Below are positions 39,112 through 53,148 of a stretch of 64,000 nucleotides of DNA, one piece after another (the stretch's first letter is position 1; every line of letters starts with the position of its first letter). The notes under the pieces are model-generated. The model did not search any database. It saw nothing but the letters and a program-made list of their open reading frames with translations, and was not told where the DNA came from. Position numbers and translations under genes: made by a program. Source of the stretch: Octopus vulgaris (Eukaryota); assembly GCA_951406725.2 (NCBI GenBank), contig OX597827.1, forward strand, positions 36,766,001-36,830,000, given 5' to 3'.

Positions 39112-39114
<3 letters not shown>

Positions 39115-39274
39115 AACAAGCTTCTTTCAGTTTCTGTCTAACAAATCCATTCACAAGGCTTTGGTTGGCTCAAGGCAATAGTAGGAGATACGTGCCCAAG
39201 GTGCCTCACAGTGGGACTGAACCTGGAACCATGTGGTTGGGAAGTAAGTTTCTTACCACACAGCCATACCTGCA
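39112..39274 (-). mobile_element. family A SINE head
   Basis: Homologous to 620-780. Confidence 0.8.
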
Positions 39275-39419
39275 CCTGTATGATGAGTATTTCTTTTTTG
39301 CAAGTCTCTGGTGAAGTATGTCAATTCATTCCCCTCCTAGTTCACATGGAACAGCTGTTGACTCAATACCTGCTCAGGTGTTCTTCACCTAATCTCATGG
39401 TATCTTTACTCTTTCTCTG

Positions 39420-39471
<52 letters not shown>

Positions 39472-39689
39472 CACTTCTGTCTTCTTCACTGTTTAGCCAG
39501 TGTTGTCTAAGTAAGGTGATCCAGCACTTATGCATCTATCTCCATCACTTCACTTTTACATAGATCATGCCAGTGTTACTGTTGATGTGGAAATTACCAG
39601 TGCTTGCTAGTATCTTCCTTGTCCTGATGTTCAAGTTACAGATTTCCTCATGTGTCATATTCACACTTTGTGTATATGTTTTCTCTCTC

Positions 39690-39910
39690 TATCCGCTCAG
39701 TCGAAGTCGACTCTCGGTCACTCGTTGGATCAGTGTCCTCCAGTCAGTTCTATCCTGGGCCGCTTCTTTCAGATTGGCTATGTCCATTCCGGTATCACCT
39801 CTTGATGGTGTCAAGCCAGCGGGTTCTTGGTCGGCCTCTTCCTCTCTTGCCACTGATCATTCCGAACATGATGTCCTTCTCCAGGGATTGTATATGTTTT
39901 ACATGGCCAC
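39690..39910 (-). mobile_element. RTE (BovB-like) LINE 3' end
   Basis: SLEKDIMFGMISGKRGRGRPRTRWLDTIK. Confidence 0.8.
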
Positions 39911-40180
39911 AATCAAATGATTGAAACGAGTGAAAGAATGAAAGAATATTCGTGTATGATGTTTCTATGTATATTTGTCTTATGTATAAATCTATGTATA
40001 TCTGTATGTGTCTCTTATGTATACATGTATGTCTGTAACATAGGTAATCCTGTATTTGATGTTTACTTTCTCTCCATCTTTTAACTATAGCTCCCTTGCA
40101 ATTCTCTGTATGTCTTTCTTCCCCCCCACACACACACTTATATACATGTGCATGTCTAACACACAATTTTTATATATTAT

Positions 40181-41010
<830 letters not shown>

Positions 41011-41175
41011 ATAAATTTTTATATATGTATATAATTATTATACCTAAAGTTGACAGTCTACTCTGAATTTTGTCCTTGGCTCTTCATGACTGTAAAGTAG
41101 GAATTCTCATATATGATGGCATATAAGATGCAATTTTTCTTGAAAAAAAATATTTCAAAATCATCCTGGCTTCTA

Positions 41176-42504
41176 TCAGGTCATCCCACGCTTTAACAGT
41201 ATTTTAGAATGTCTGACAGCATCAATAATATTTATATGTATTTGGACATATTTAAACTAATTGAATTTCATTTTGCAGGATAATCTAATTGAAGTTTTAC
41301 TAATCATAGCTCTTCAAACATGGCTGTGTCTAAGCATTTGAAGCACATAATGCTTTGCAGGTTTAAAAAAGGGAACTCTACTGCTGAAGCAACTTGAAAT
41401 ATTCACTCAGCTTATGAAGAAGAGTGCCTGAGTGAAAGAACTTGCAAAAGATGGTTTGTAAAATTCAGAAGTGGAGATTTCAGCCTTGAAAATGAGGTCT
41501 GAACAGGATGTCCAACTGAGTTTGATGACAAGCTCCTTTTGGAAGAACTTGAAAAAGATTGTGCAGTTTCAGTTGAAGAACTGGTAAGCAAGCTTTGTTC
41601 AAGGTATACAACTGTTCACTACCATCTTCAACAACTAGGAAAGGTCCCCAAAACTTGGAAAATGGGTGCCTCATGATTTGTCAGAAGCCAGCTGCAAGTC
41701 CTGAATGGACATCTACTCTTCTCTTCATTCTTGTGAACTCATTTCCCCCTTTTTGGACAGACTGGTGACTGGTGATGAAAAATGGGTGTTTTATCAAAAT
41801 GTTAAGCATCGTAGACATTGGCTTGGTGAAGAGGAAAAGGCCCAACCACAACAAAAAAGAACTCCATGCGAAGACGGTTCATCTCTCTGTTTGGTGGGAT
41901 TGCAAACTAATGCAACAACCAATGCTCAAATCTACTGTCAGCAATTAGAGCATTTGAATGCTGCTTTCACGAAAAAAATGGCCTGCTTTAGTGTATTGAA
42001 AGGAAGTGGTGTTTTATCAGGACAAAGCAAGACACCACACTGCAAAGATCACATTGCAGAAGATTGAGGAACTTCACTGGGAGAAAATTGCTCATCCACT
42101 TTATTCCCGAGACATTACTCTTTCAGATTACCATTTGTTCTGTAATTTACAGAATCATTTGGATGGATAAACTCCTGAAATAACTGAGTAAGTAAAAACT
42201 GACTTTTCAGAGTTCTTCTCTTTGAAACCAAACAAGTTTTTCACTAATGGGATTAAAAAGCTTAGAAGTAGATGGAAAGATGTTATAGATAATCCTGGAA
42301 AATATATTGATGATTAAGTTTCATTAAAATATAAGATTTTAGGTGTAGGAATGGCTGTGTGGTAAGAAGCTTGCTTACCAACCACATGGTTCCGGGTTCA
42401 GTCCCACTGCATGGCACCTTGGGCAAGTGTCTTCTACTTTAGCCTTGGGCCAACCAAAGCCTTGTGAGTGAATTTGGTAGATGGAAACTGAAAGAAGCCC
42501 TTCG

Positions 42505-42563
<59 letters not shown>

Positions 42564-42827
42564 ATGTTTGTGTGTCTGTGTTTGTCCCCTAACATCGCTT
42601 GACAACCGATGCTGGTGTGTGTAGGTCCCCGTAACTTAATGGTTCGGCAAGAGAGACCGATAGAATAAGTACTAGGCTTACAAAGAATAAGTCCTGGGGT
42701 TGATTTTCTCGACTATAAAGGCGGTGCTCCAGCATGGCCACAGTCAAATGACTGAAACAAGTAAAAGAGTATTTGATTACTTGTTTCCTTTATCTAAAAT
42801 CCAGACATTACATATGGGATGACCTGA
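41176..42827 (+). mobile_element. full-length decayed mariner
   Basis: TA-flanked TIR tcaggtcatccca / tgggatgacctga; KWVPH, LVTGDEKWVFYQN, HPLYSRD..SDYHLF. Confidence 0.9.
42342..42770 (+). mobile_element. family A SINE nested in the mariner 3' region
   Basis: Complete head, (TG)n, tail. Confidence 0.9.
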
Positions 42828-43259
42828 TATATGTGAAGCTCTAAAACCCATTTTTCCTCAATGTATACTGCTGAAATTTGGTGTTTTTAATATGCTCATG
42901 CATCTTTTATGCCCTCAAATACATCAAGTTCTTATATGTCTCAACACAATCATAAGATAGTAAGAGTGTTTTCACCACCACAAAAACACATGCGATTTTA
43001 AATTAAGATCTCCTGTAACATTTAACATCCGACTTACATAGACACATTTATATCTACCTAACATTATAAATATGACAAACTCTACTTTCTACTTATCAGT
43101 CATGAGTAGCTAAGGGTGAAACTCAGAGTAGAAAATCAATTTTTAATATAAAAATATATCATCCACTCTACCCTATGTATTGAGTTCTATATCCAATTTG
43201 CACTATGTAAAATATTTTTTTATCTAATTTACAAGTCTTAGGATATGTATGTGTGTATG

Positions 43260-43291
<32 letters not shown>

Positions 43292-43395
43292 CATACAAAG
43301 AGAGAGAGAGAAAAGAGAGATACACACGCACACATATGCACCCACCTCAGTTATTGTGTGTATATTAATGTATAAGCTGTGTGTGTGTGTATATA

Positions 43396-43765
43396 TTCTT
43401 TACTCTTTTATTTGTTTCGCTTAGACTGTGGTCATACTGGGGCACAATCCTGAAGAATTTTAATTGAATAAATCAGTCCTAGTACTTTTCTTTTATTATT
43501 TTTTCAGCTTGGCAATAATCCTATTACTTTCTTTTACTGAATCACTAAATTATGGGGACATAAACACACCAACACTGGTTGTCAAGCAGTGATGGGTGAC
43601 AAAGACAGACAAAGACATGCACACACACACACACAGATATATAAAAATATGTGTGTGTGTGTGAGTGAGTATGTGTATGCAATGGGCTTCTTTCAGTTTC
43701 CATCTACCAAATCCACTCATAAGGCTTTGGTCAGCCCAAAGATATAGCAGACAATACTTGTCCAA
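43396..43765 (-). mobile_element. older family A SINE
   Basis: Degenerate homology to 378-700. Confidence 0.7.
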
Positions 43766-43829
43766 GCAAACATCTTAACACTCAGACACTCCTACATACA
43801 TACATACATGCATAAACATTCATGCATGC

Positions 43830-44052
43830 CAGCGTCCTCTCCATATCACTGATGTTATTCAAGGGAAAGGCAAAGGCTGATACAGCTTTGCACCTGTGAT
43901 GTTGCAACTCATTTCTACAGCTGAGTGAGCTGGAGCAACATGAAATAAAGTGTCTTGCTCAAGAACACAACATACTGCCCGGTCTGGGAATCGAACTTAC
44001 TACTTCATGATTGTGAGCCTTGCATGCTAACCACTGAGCCATGCCCCTTCAC
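43830..44052 (-). mobile_element. family C-like SINE
   Basis: TGGCTCAGTGG, GTTCGATTCCC, tgtgttcttgagcaagacac. Confidence 0.75.
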
Positions 44053-44099
44053 TGCCTACCACAACTGGACTTAATTTATACATCCAGAATAACAACTAC

Positions 44100-44670
44100 T
44101 GGATTATACAGGTCGTAAATCAACAAGAAAGGAACAAAAATGAGGCACAGAAGTATAAAAGAGAACTAAACTTAGATGTAAATGGTTATACCAAAACTGC
44201 CAATAGAAGCAGCAAAACACAACACACAAAATGCTCAAAAAACCCTTGAAAAAGCTTATAAACAAATGACAAAAGAAACCATTCAATGGTCAATATCTCA
44301 AATGAACAACAGAAGCAGATATAGATAAAGAATGAACACATCAGTGGTTGTGCAGTTCAGGTCTACAGGCAGAAGCTGAAGGTTTTATAATGGCAGCTCA
44401 GGATCAATCCCTTCTCAAGAAACTACCAAGCAAATGTTTTCCACAATTGCGCTAATCCAAACTGTAGGCTATGTGATAATACTATTGAAACCATAGACTG
44501 AATAGGGCTGTACCTATATTGGAACATTTGTGTCAATATGACATTCGTTAAAAACTGAACCTCACCAGAAACCAGTCACAGAAAGTAATAATGTTACACT
44601 TGACAGGTAGATAATAGACCTGATATTATTATCGACAATCATCACCAAAGTGCCTACTATCTAATAGATA
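44100..44670 (+). mobile_element. R4/Dong-like LINE fragment
   Basis: WLCSSGLQAEAEGFIMAAQDQSL, CRLC..ETID, NRPDIII. Confidence 0.75.
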
Positions 44671-46409
44671 TGATAGGAATATCTCAGTCAAGGAGATTGA
44701 TTAGATCAGGCAGCTGGTCGATATGGTACTGTTTACATTGTAAGGTCAGTTCCATACCTATACCTGACCAGTTTTGCTTAGGTATTTTTTTGACTTCCAA
44801 TATTGTCACTTTGTCTTCTTCTAAACCTGCCAGGATGGCCACCATTAACCAGGTGATGGATATTTCTGGCAGCACATTCATTGCCCCAACTGTGGCATAG
44901 TGTTGGCTGGGGATTAAGAAGTTTTCATTCCTCAAAGTGCTCATGGAATGACACTTGGCTTCTTCTGTCCCAAATCTTTACATCAATAGTTCCAAACTTC
45001 TTCCCTTGGCTGATGTGGGTCTTTTGTTCCCACATGTGCCCAAGGCATTTTTATATTTCGCTCTCAGGACCTTTTTCCATCTGGCATGACTTAATGCCAA
45101 TGCAATGGTATGTGACCGTGCGTTTTAAGATATTCTCTATTCTCTATCATGTCAGGTGAACGGTTTAGATCTACCCTTCTCCCATTTTATAATTTTCCTT
45201 GCGATTTTTAAATCTTCTTCATCTATGCAGAAATTTTCCAAATTTCTCCCTGCAATTGCAAAAGAAATCATTAAAGCAGGGGCTGCTGTGGAGGTGATAT
45301 TCGTATTTTATGTTTCCTTTCTTTCCTATTGTTGTTGCTGTTGTCGATACTAAAAGTTTTGGCATTGCTTAGAGATGAAACATTATTCACCTTGGGGACA
45401 TCATTAAGTGTAGGCCATTCTACATCTTTGTTCTCATTCTTTGATGAAGAATGCATTCCATTATTGAACATTATGATGGCTTCTTTAACAACCATCTTTA
45501 ACTGAATAAAGAAAACAACAAAATATTATTTTCTTCTGAAAGGTGTTACAATTCAAAAAATACTGATGCACACCCCCTGCAAAACAGGGGGTGTTTCTAC
45601 ACAAAAATACTATCTATGCAGTCCAGTCAATTTCAGAAATACAATGTTAACAATAAAATGAAAATATTGCCTTTGAAGGCCGAAAAGATTACAAACACCA
45701 TTTCAACTTACGGACGTTAAATTTCCGTGACGTTACAGTATGGTGGCTATAATAGTAATAATAATGATAATAATAACTCGTTAGATCCAGGACAAATTCA
45801 CGGAAAACATAAAAAATGTAAGCATCTGTAAACAGTGTACTGGTTTCATGAGAAATGTTTGTATATTATGTCTGTCTGTCTTTACGTCATGAGTTCAAAT
45901 TTGTCTTTTGTCCTTTCGGGGTTGATAAATTAAGGACCAGTTGTGTACTGGGGTCGATCTAATCAACTGGCACCTTCCCCACAAAAATTTCAGGCCTAGA
46001 AAAGTATATTGTGACAGTTACAGAATATAGAAAATAATGTAACACCAATGACTATATAATCCAACAAAACTATCTCAGTTACACAAACGTAAATGGAATA
46101 ACTATTTAACCTTAAAATACATTGTACATATTCAAAGAACCTTCTTGGTTTAGTGGCACAGAACGTTTTTCTGGTATACTGTTATTCTTTTACTTGTTTC
46201 AGTCATTTGACGGTGGCCATGCTGGAGCACCACCCCTTAGTCGAAGAAATTGACTCCTGAACTTATTCCCTGTAAGCCTGGTGCTTTTTCTATCAGTCTC
46301 TTCTTCTGAACAGCTAAATTACAGGGACGCAAACGCACCAACATCGATTGTCAAGCAATGGTGGTGGTGGGACAAACACAGACACAAACACATACATACA
46401 ATATATACA

Positions 46410-46825
46410 TATATAAAATATGAATTAGAGATAAAACGACTATTATGCAACTCAAACAGTGATAAACATAAACCAATACATAAATAACAAATAATATATA
46501 TATAATTTTTTTTATAACTAGATCTCAAAAAGTATAAAATGAATGATAAATATATAATATAAAGTAAAAACACTCTGTACGTTTTTACTTATTATATTGT
46601 ATATTTATCATTCATTTTATACTTTTTGAGATCTAGTTATAAAAAAAAAATAATATATACATATATATTATTTGTTATTTATGTATTGGTTTATGTCTAT
46701 CACTGTTTGAGTTGCATAAAAGTGGTTTTATCTCTAATTCATATTTCATATATTTATACTGTGAAATTTGATTTAATACTAAATTTAATTTTTCCCTGTA
46801 AGTTTGGAGTTATACTCCCTAATAT
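46410..46825. repeat. about 340-bp AT-rich palindrome with single-copy tail
   Basis: 46410-46571 is the reverse complement of 46580-46750; loop actctgtac; TA-rich flanks. Confidence 0.9.
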
Positions 46826-46844
46826 TATATATATATATATATAT

Positions 46845-46983
46845 AGCGGTTCGGCAAAAGAGACCGATAGAATAAGTACTGGGCTTACAAAAGAATAAGT
46901 CCCGGGGTCGAGTTGCTCGATTAAAGGCGGTGCTCCAGCATGGCCGCAGTCAAATGACTGAAACAAGTAAAAGAGTAAAGAGT
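46845..46983 (+). mobile_element. 5'-truncated family A SINE
   Basis: Nearly identical to the reverse complement of 385-520. Confidence 0.85.
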
Positions 46984-48912
46984 ATATGACAGGCTTGAAG
47001 GTAGTGGTGATGCTGACTGGTGAGATTTTGTGGTTTGCTGGTATGCATAGAGAGATCCAGCGGGCCCCAAACTGGTTCCGTGATCTTAAAGGTGTAATGT
47101 GGATGTGTAATGATGACACATCAACAAATGAGCCATAAATTCTAACTTAAAAAATATAGAAAGGAAAAGACAACGTTGTATTCCGAAGCCTTTAGCTGAG
47201 GTGTAATTTTATAATGAAAACAAATTTGAAATTTAAATTTTGGAGCAAAACACCACGTTTTTTTTTTTGTGTGTATAGTTGCAGTTGAAATGGGTTAAAA
47301 CAAATGTGTGTGTGTGTGTGTGTACTATGTGGTTGCTATTAATAGCAGTTTAAGGTCTGTTGCAGAAAGGAATGCGAAACGGCAACATGCACAATCATAT
47401 ACATACAGACATACACATACACGCACACACATACTCAGAGAGAGTCAGACAGACAGTAATTGTCAGATAGTCCATAACGAAGTCTTCACCTCTCTCTGTC
47501 TCTCTCCCTACCTGTTGCTTTGTCACTGACTGGAATTTAGGTATGTTCGTCTCCAGTCTCGATCTAATCGACTTTTCCGTTTTCCACATGAAACGGAAAA
47601 TAAAGCTGGAGAAGAAAATAAAGCCTGTCGCAAAGTGTGTCTCGTAAAAGATGGAAGTCTATAGCAAGTATGTTGCGAGCGAAAGAACCTGTTTAAACGA
47701 GAATATAAAAAGAAGAAAGCAAAGTCTTCAGTGTGAGAATGGGGTTTGTGGGGTCGACCGCGTCCTCCGCTTCATTTTTTGTAAATCACTCATTCTCATT
47801 TAATTGTATCTATTCTAGTTGTTTGTTTATTCATACCTTTCGTCTCATTCGATACCCTGACCCCAATGTTTGTTTTGTCTGCCCTCGTATCGTCCCCTCT
47901 TTTCCTCAACCTCATGGTTAATAAAGAACTTGACTTGAATTTAGTTGTATTTCTCTCTCAGTTTTCTCTTGCTTTTAAAACAATAAATTTTCAAACTGAT
48001 TCAGCGTTTCGATTGAAAAATATATACGAATGTATTAGACATATTTTGTTTAGGATACAGTATCCAATATTTGCTGTGGTTGAAAACGCAAAACAAACAC
48101 CACGTTCCTTTGAGTCACCACTCACTCCTCTCTCTCATATATATGTTATGTCTCGAGTTGTAGCTGTAATTCAAAGGAGTCAGCCTTGTCATATTCTGTG
48201 TGAGGCTGAATCTCCCTGAGGACTACGTTAATGTTATGCATGTCTGTGGAGTACTCAGCCATTTGTGAGTTAATTTTATCTTCGTATGCTAATGAAAAGT
48301 GAGACTGACATCCAATATTTACTGTGTGTATGTATCTACAAGCAAAACGCCTCCCGTCCAATGGATGGTGTTGAGTTGTCAAACATTTAAACCAAATTTT
48401 CTCAAAACAACTTGTCCGACCGTCCCATAGGCCTCCCTTTTGAGAAACACTGATTTAACCTAAATTTGAGACACCAGCAAAAGAAGAAATAAAGATACAC
48501 TTTTTTCTATTCCAAAGAAAAACGATTTTATTCACACAAATATGCAATCGAAGAGTTTAAAGTACCAGTAATGATAAGGTTGTTGACTGGGAGAATACAA
48601 ACATGGTTTAAACAGTAAGCTTGGCAGGAAAGAAACGTGCCTTTAAGCATTACAAAAACAACAACAAATGGAAGGTGCAGTTAGGCACAGGTTGACGGAA
48701 GAAAAGCAGGTCAAAATCGATGCATGCAAATGGGTTAGCTGGAGGTAAATCTAGATGGAAAAGCGTGATGAATTTATGAGAACGTACCTGGGACAACCGC
48801 TAAAACATGTAGGAAATCGACTTGGGGCGATTTTTGATGAAAAGCAGCAACCTAGGGAACTAAGTAACTAATTTTAAGCTTACTTTACGGGATGTTCAAG
48901 GGCATGGAAAAG

Positions 48913-49122
48913 CTAGTGGCAACAGCTGATGTACTTGCGCGTACAAATGCACGTTCCCACGACTTTATCAATCGCATTCTCACCTGGAATCGATTTTTGT
49001 AATTTTTTCAAGACTTATACACGCCCTGATACCGTCAGTATCTACATATCAAATTTGAGCGCAATCGGATGGAGGATGCCCGAGATCTTAGAAGACAAAC
49101 AGAACGGATTTTATATAATAGA
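48913..49122 (-). mobile_element. small Helitron-like element
   Basis: 5' A|TCTATTATATAAAATCCG; 3' hairpin cgtgc-attt-gtacg then CTAG. Confidence 0.5.
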
Positions 49123-51765
49123 TGTATGAACTTTTCTTTGGATTTATGTATCTACTGTCTCTCTCAGTTTCTCCCTTTCTCTTTCACTTTCTTTGTGTCC
49201 CTCTTCTCTCCCTCTTTTGATTTAACAATATATATATGGTGGTCGTATACTGTCAACTCAATGTGACAGTCCTGTAAGGGAATTACACCACCGCCATTTA
49301 GCCCTAGGAAACATCGACGTCTCCTGTCGGCTTTGACACATTTTCTGTGTCCTTATATATGTATCTATGTATCTACTTCTTTTTGAGAGTTAACCATGAG
49401 TACAGTGATGAATTTGGTGTAGGAGTAGGTGTCTATCAAGGCTCTTTTCTCAGTCCCCTCCTTTTTATCATTGTTCTTTAGGCCGTAACAGAGAAATTCA
49501 ATATTCAAGACTGGCTGCCCTTGGGAACTGCTATTGTTCCGTCTCTCACTAAGTTACAACAAAACAGAAACATTCCACTGGCTTATCAGATTTTATACTT
49601 CATATATTATATTATTATAGTGATACTCTTGTACCAATCTTTCTTATTGCTATGTTTATTTGAGTTTTCAAATGTATTTCTCATCATTTCTTTTTAATGT
49701 AAATTTAAGAGTATTAAAATATTTATTAATATAAACATATAAACCCAAATACATTTATTTTTTAAAGTTCTCAATTTAATAATTCTTGATGTTACATCTT
49801 TATCAATAGGGTGTGTTTGTGTGTGTACATATATATATACGTATACTGAATTTGTGAAATACTGGAAAAGGTGTGCGTGAGTGTGTGCATGCATGAATGA
49901 ATGTGGGGGAGTATAATGTATGTGTGTTTTTGTGTGTGAATGTCTACATATTTGTAAACATATCTTTATGCATATGTGAGTTTATGTATGTATGTGTTGT
50001 GTCTGTGAGTATGTGATTGTGTGTGTATGAAAGAGAAGAGAGAGATAGAGAGAAGTGCTAAAGCAATTTTGATTGCTACAAACTATTTTAAAATGTATTT
50101 AATGAAACATGTCTGCATTTTTGATGATTTATTGACTGGCCACTTGTGTTTTGTTGTTTATTTTAGTTAGTTTTTATAGCTTTGAGTCATGTAATATTAA
50201 TGGTTGTTCAATAAAATATTTAATATTAATATTATTATTATAATCATCATCATCATGTTTTCAATATTTTCCTCCAAGTTTCTACTGCACAATCAGGTGC
50301 ACTTATATGTCTGTAAGGTGTGTGCAGCATTTTCTTTTGGTGAAATATAGGCATGTATATATTCTATATCAGGTTTTGTTTTACTGTTTTTGGTGTTGTT
50401 TCAGTATTCCATAAGTTAGCCATGTAGAAATTATGTGTAGTGTAAGTTGTTATTTTGTTGCGCGGTGTTTGTGATTTGGAAATATGTGTAATTGATGTCA
50501 TGTGTTATAGTGCTACATGGTGAATTGGTTGAGTAGCTGTGTGTGTTGGTTGTGTTGTAATATTTGTGGGGCATCTGTGTAAAATAGGATTTAGGTGAAT
50601 TATTAATAGTGTGGGGTATATTATTGTTGTTGGTGGTGTTGGTTGTTGATTGACAGAATTGCAAGTGTTGGACAAAATATCTTGTGGTATTTCTTCTGAC
50701 TCTTTGCTTTCTCTGTTCAAATCCAACTGATTTGCCTTTTATCCTTACAGGATAGATAAAATAAAGTACCAATGAAGTTACTGTGGTTGATGCAATCAAA
50801 TTAAACTCTTCTCTTAAAATTTGCAGGCCTTATACCTAAATTAGAAACCACTATTATCATTTTTAATCAGAGAAGCATTCTTAGATCAAGATAGAATACT
50901 TGGCATTATCAAGCCCTCACAGTCAATCAGGCAATGCAGTAGGTAGAAGTTAAATATTGATGTTTTATAGAGGATTAGTGGTGGGCAAAAGTGATAACAT
51001 TATTGGTGGAAATCTGGATGTCAATGAAAATTTGCTAGCTAGTCTGTTCCAGAATACTTTCAGGTTGAGGCCTATAAATAATATCCAGAAACTTAATGAA
51101 TATTATTGCATGGCTGCAGCTCTCGAGCTGAAACTAGTAAAGGTAAAAAAAAAAAAAAAAAGCCTGGCAGTGCTACTGAGATGAATTGCCAATTTGAGAT
51201 AAATTGTACAGACATGGAACTGCCAGCAACCAAGCCATCCTGTGCACATGACAATGAAGCTATTCTGCATGCATTCATTTTGTACCTGAGCATTGTGGAG
51301 TTTTCTTGAATAGTCATGTGTTGAATGGATCTGGCTCTTTGTTATTTCTCTTGTATACAAGTTTTTTTTCTGTAATCCTACTCTGTATTGTCCCATATTG
51401 CCCTTTCAATCTTCTCCTCTACAAAACACAAGAGAAAACTACCTTTAACAGGTAATTTTTACATACTAGAAGAAGCAGTCAAAACGACCAAAACCACATT
51501 TAAGAGCAATTTTTGAAGAGAATGAAAAATAGAAACTTTTACTGTGTTATTTTTTTATGGTTATACCTAGGTTTCAAATTTCTTTAGCAAATAAGATAAT
51601 TTGCTAGGTGAATCCACATCAGTAACTGTGCCATAACATTAACATATAATTTAGAGACAAATAACACGTGCCTCATCATTATATGTTATAATTTTTCAAA
51701 ATTCACCGTGCAAGGGCAGTTTCAGTCGGCAGTAAATGAAAAATGCCAAACCGATCTTCGAAATG

Positions 51766-52935
51766 CTAGAATGGAGAAACATTCATTATAGACAGGAAAC
51801 ATAACTGTGTGGTTTTATGAATATAGAGAACACATTTTAGAGTGGATTGTAGGTATTTGACATCTACTTTTAGTATTGGCGATGGTCATTGCCAGTAGCC
51901 CTTAATGATAATTAACAATGACTGTTGAAAAGGTTGCAATATGCAATGAAAATTTTAGAAAAAATAAGTGGAAACTTAACTGGTGAGTATGTTAAATAAT
52001 AAGGCACTAAAAGAGAATGACTCTCCCCAGACACAACACTATATATATATATATCTCTTTCTCTTTTTTACTTGTTTCAGTCATTTGACTGCGGCCATGC
52101 TGGAGCACTGCCTTTAGTCGAGCAAATCGACCCCGGGACTTATTCTTTGTAAGCCCAGTACTTATTCTATCGGTCTCTTTTGCCGAGCCACTAAGTGACG
52201 GGGACGTAAACACACCAGCATCGGTTGTCAAGCTATGCTAGGGGGACAAACACAGACACACAAACACATACACACACACATATATACGACAGGCTTCTTT
52301 CAGTTTCCGTCTACCAAATCCACCCACAATGCATTGGTTGGCCTGGGGCTATAGCAGAAGGCACTTGCCCAAGATGCCATGCAGTGGGACTGAACCTGGA
52401 ACCCCGTGGTTGATTAGCAAGCTACTTACCACACAGCCAATATATACATCATCACTTTACATCTGTTCTTCCTTACTAGCATGGTTGGATGGGTCTGTTC
52501 TATCAGTTTCTCACTTCTTGTAGCCTATCATTATCTCTTTAGTGAAGTTCAGTATTCTGAGATTAGTCTTTTGTATTTCCCATGTCTTCCTAAGCATTCT
52601 CTTGAATCATTTGACCATTATTCATCTAGCTGCTGTTGTCTTTCATAACATTCTTGCCCTCAGCGTATTTGCATTGTTTTATTTATGCACTTCAACTCTA
52701 CATATCCAGCAGAACATGCTTCCTTCATTTCTTCATAACCTCAAAGAGAGATATATTTCTGTTACTTGAACTTTTTTATCAACCCGAGTCTTAATCTGTT
52801 TACAATGTTTTTTGCAACATTCACCTGTGAGCAATTGAAAGACTGTTTTCTTGAGTCTACTTACTGCTAAATACCCATTTGTGTCTGTTACATATGAAAT
52901 CCTTTTTCTCAGAAAGCCTGCCTGAGATCCCTTGT

Positions 52936-52980
<45 letters not shown>

Positions 52981-53148
52981 TGTATGTGTGTGCAATTATC
53001 ATGCTTTATACAGAAACAGATTACCATTTAGATGGTGAGAGAGAAACCCTCTGTTGCCAAAAGGTAAACAGAAATAAAAAATCAATGAACTGTTCATAAA
53101 ACCACACAGTTATGTTTCCTGTCTATAATGAATGTTTCTCCTTTCTAG
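51766..53148. repeat. 56-bp inverted repeat pair 1.3 kb apart
   Basis: 51766-51821 versus 53093-53148. Confidence 0.85.
52056..52438 (-). mobile_element. family A SINE
   Basis: Homologous to 378-780. Confidence 0.9.

Noticed and set aside
50957-51310. Exon 2 of the VPS10 receptor
   Set aside because: No BNR/Asp-box (S.DYG.T) or other VPS10 motif; no convincing downstream exon found anywhere in the window
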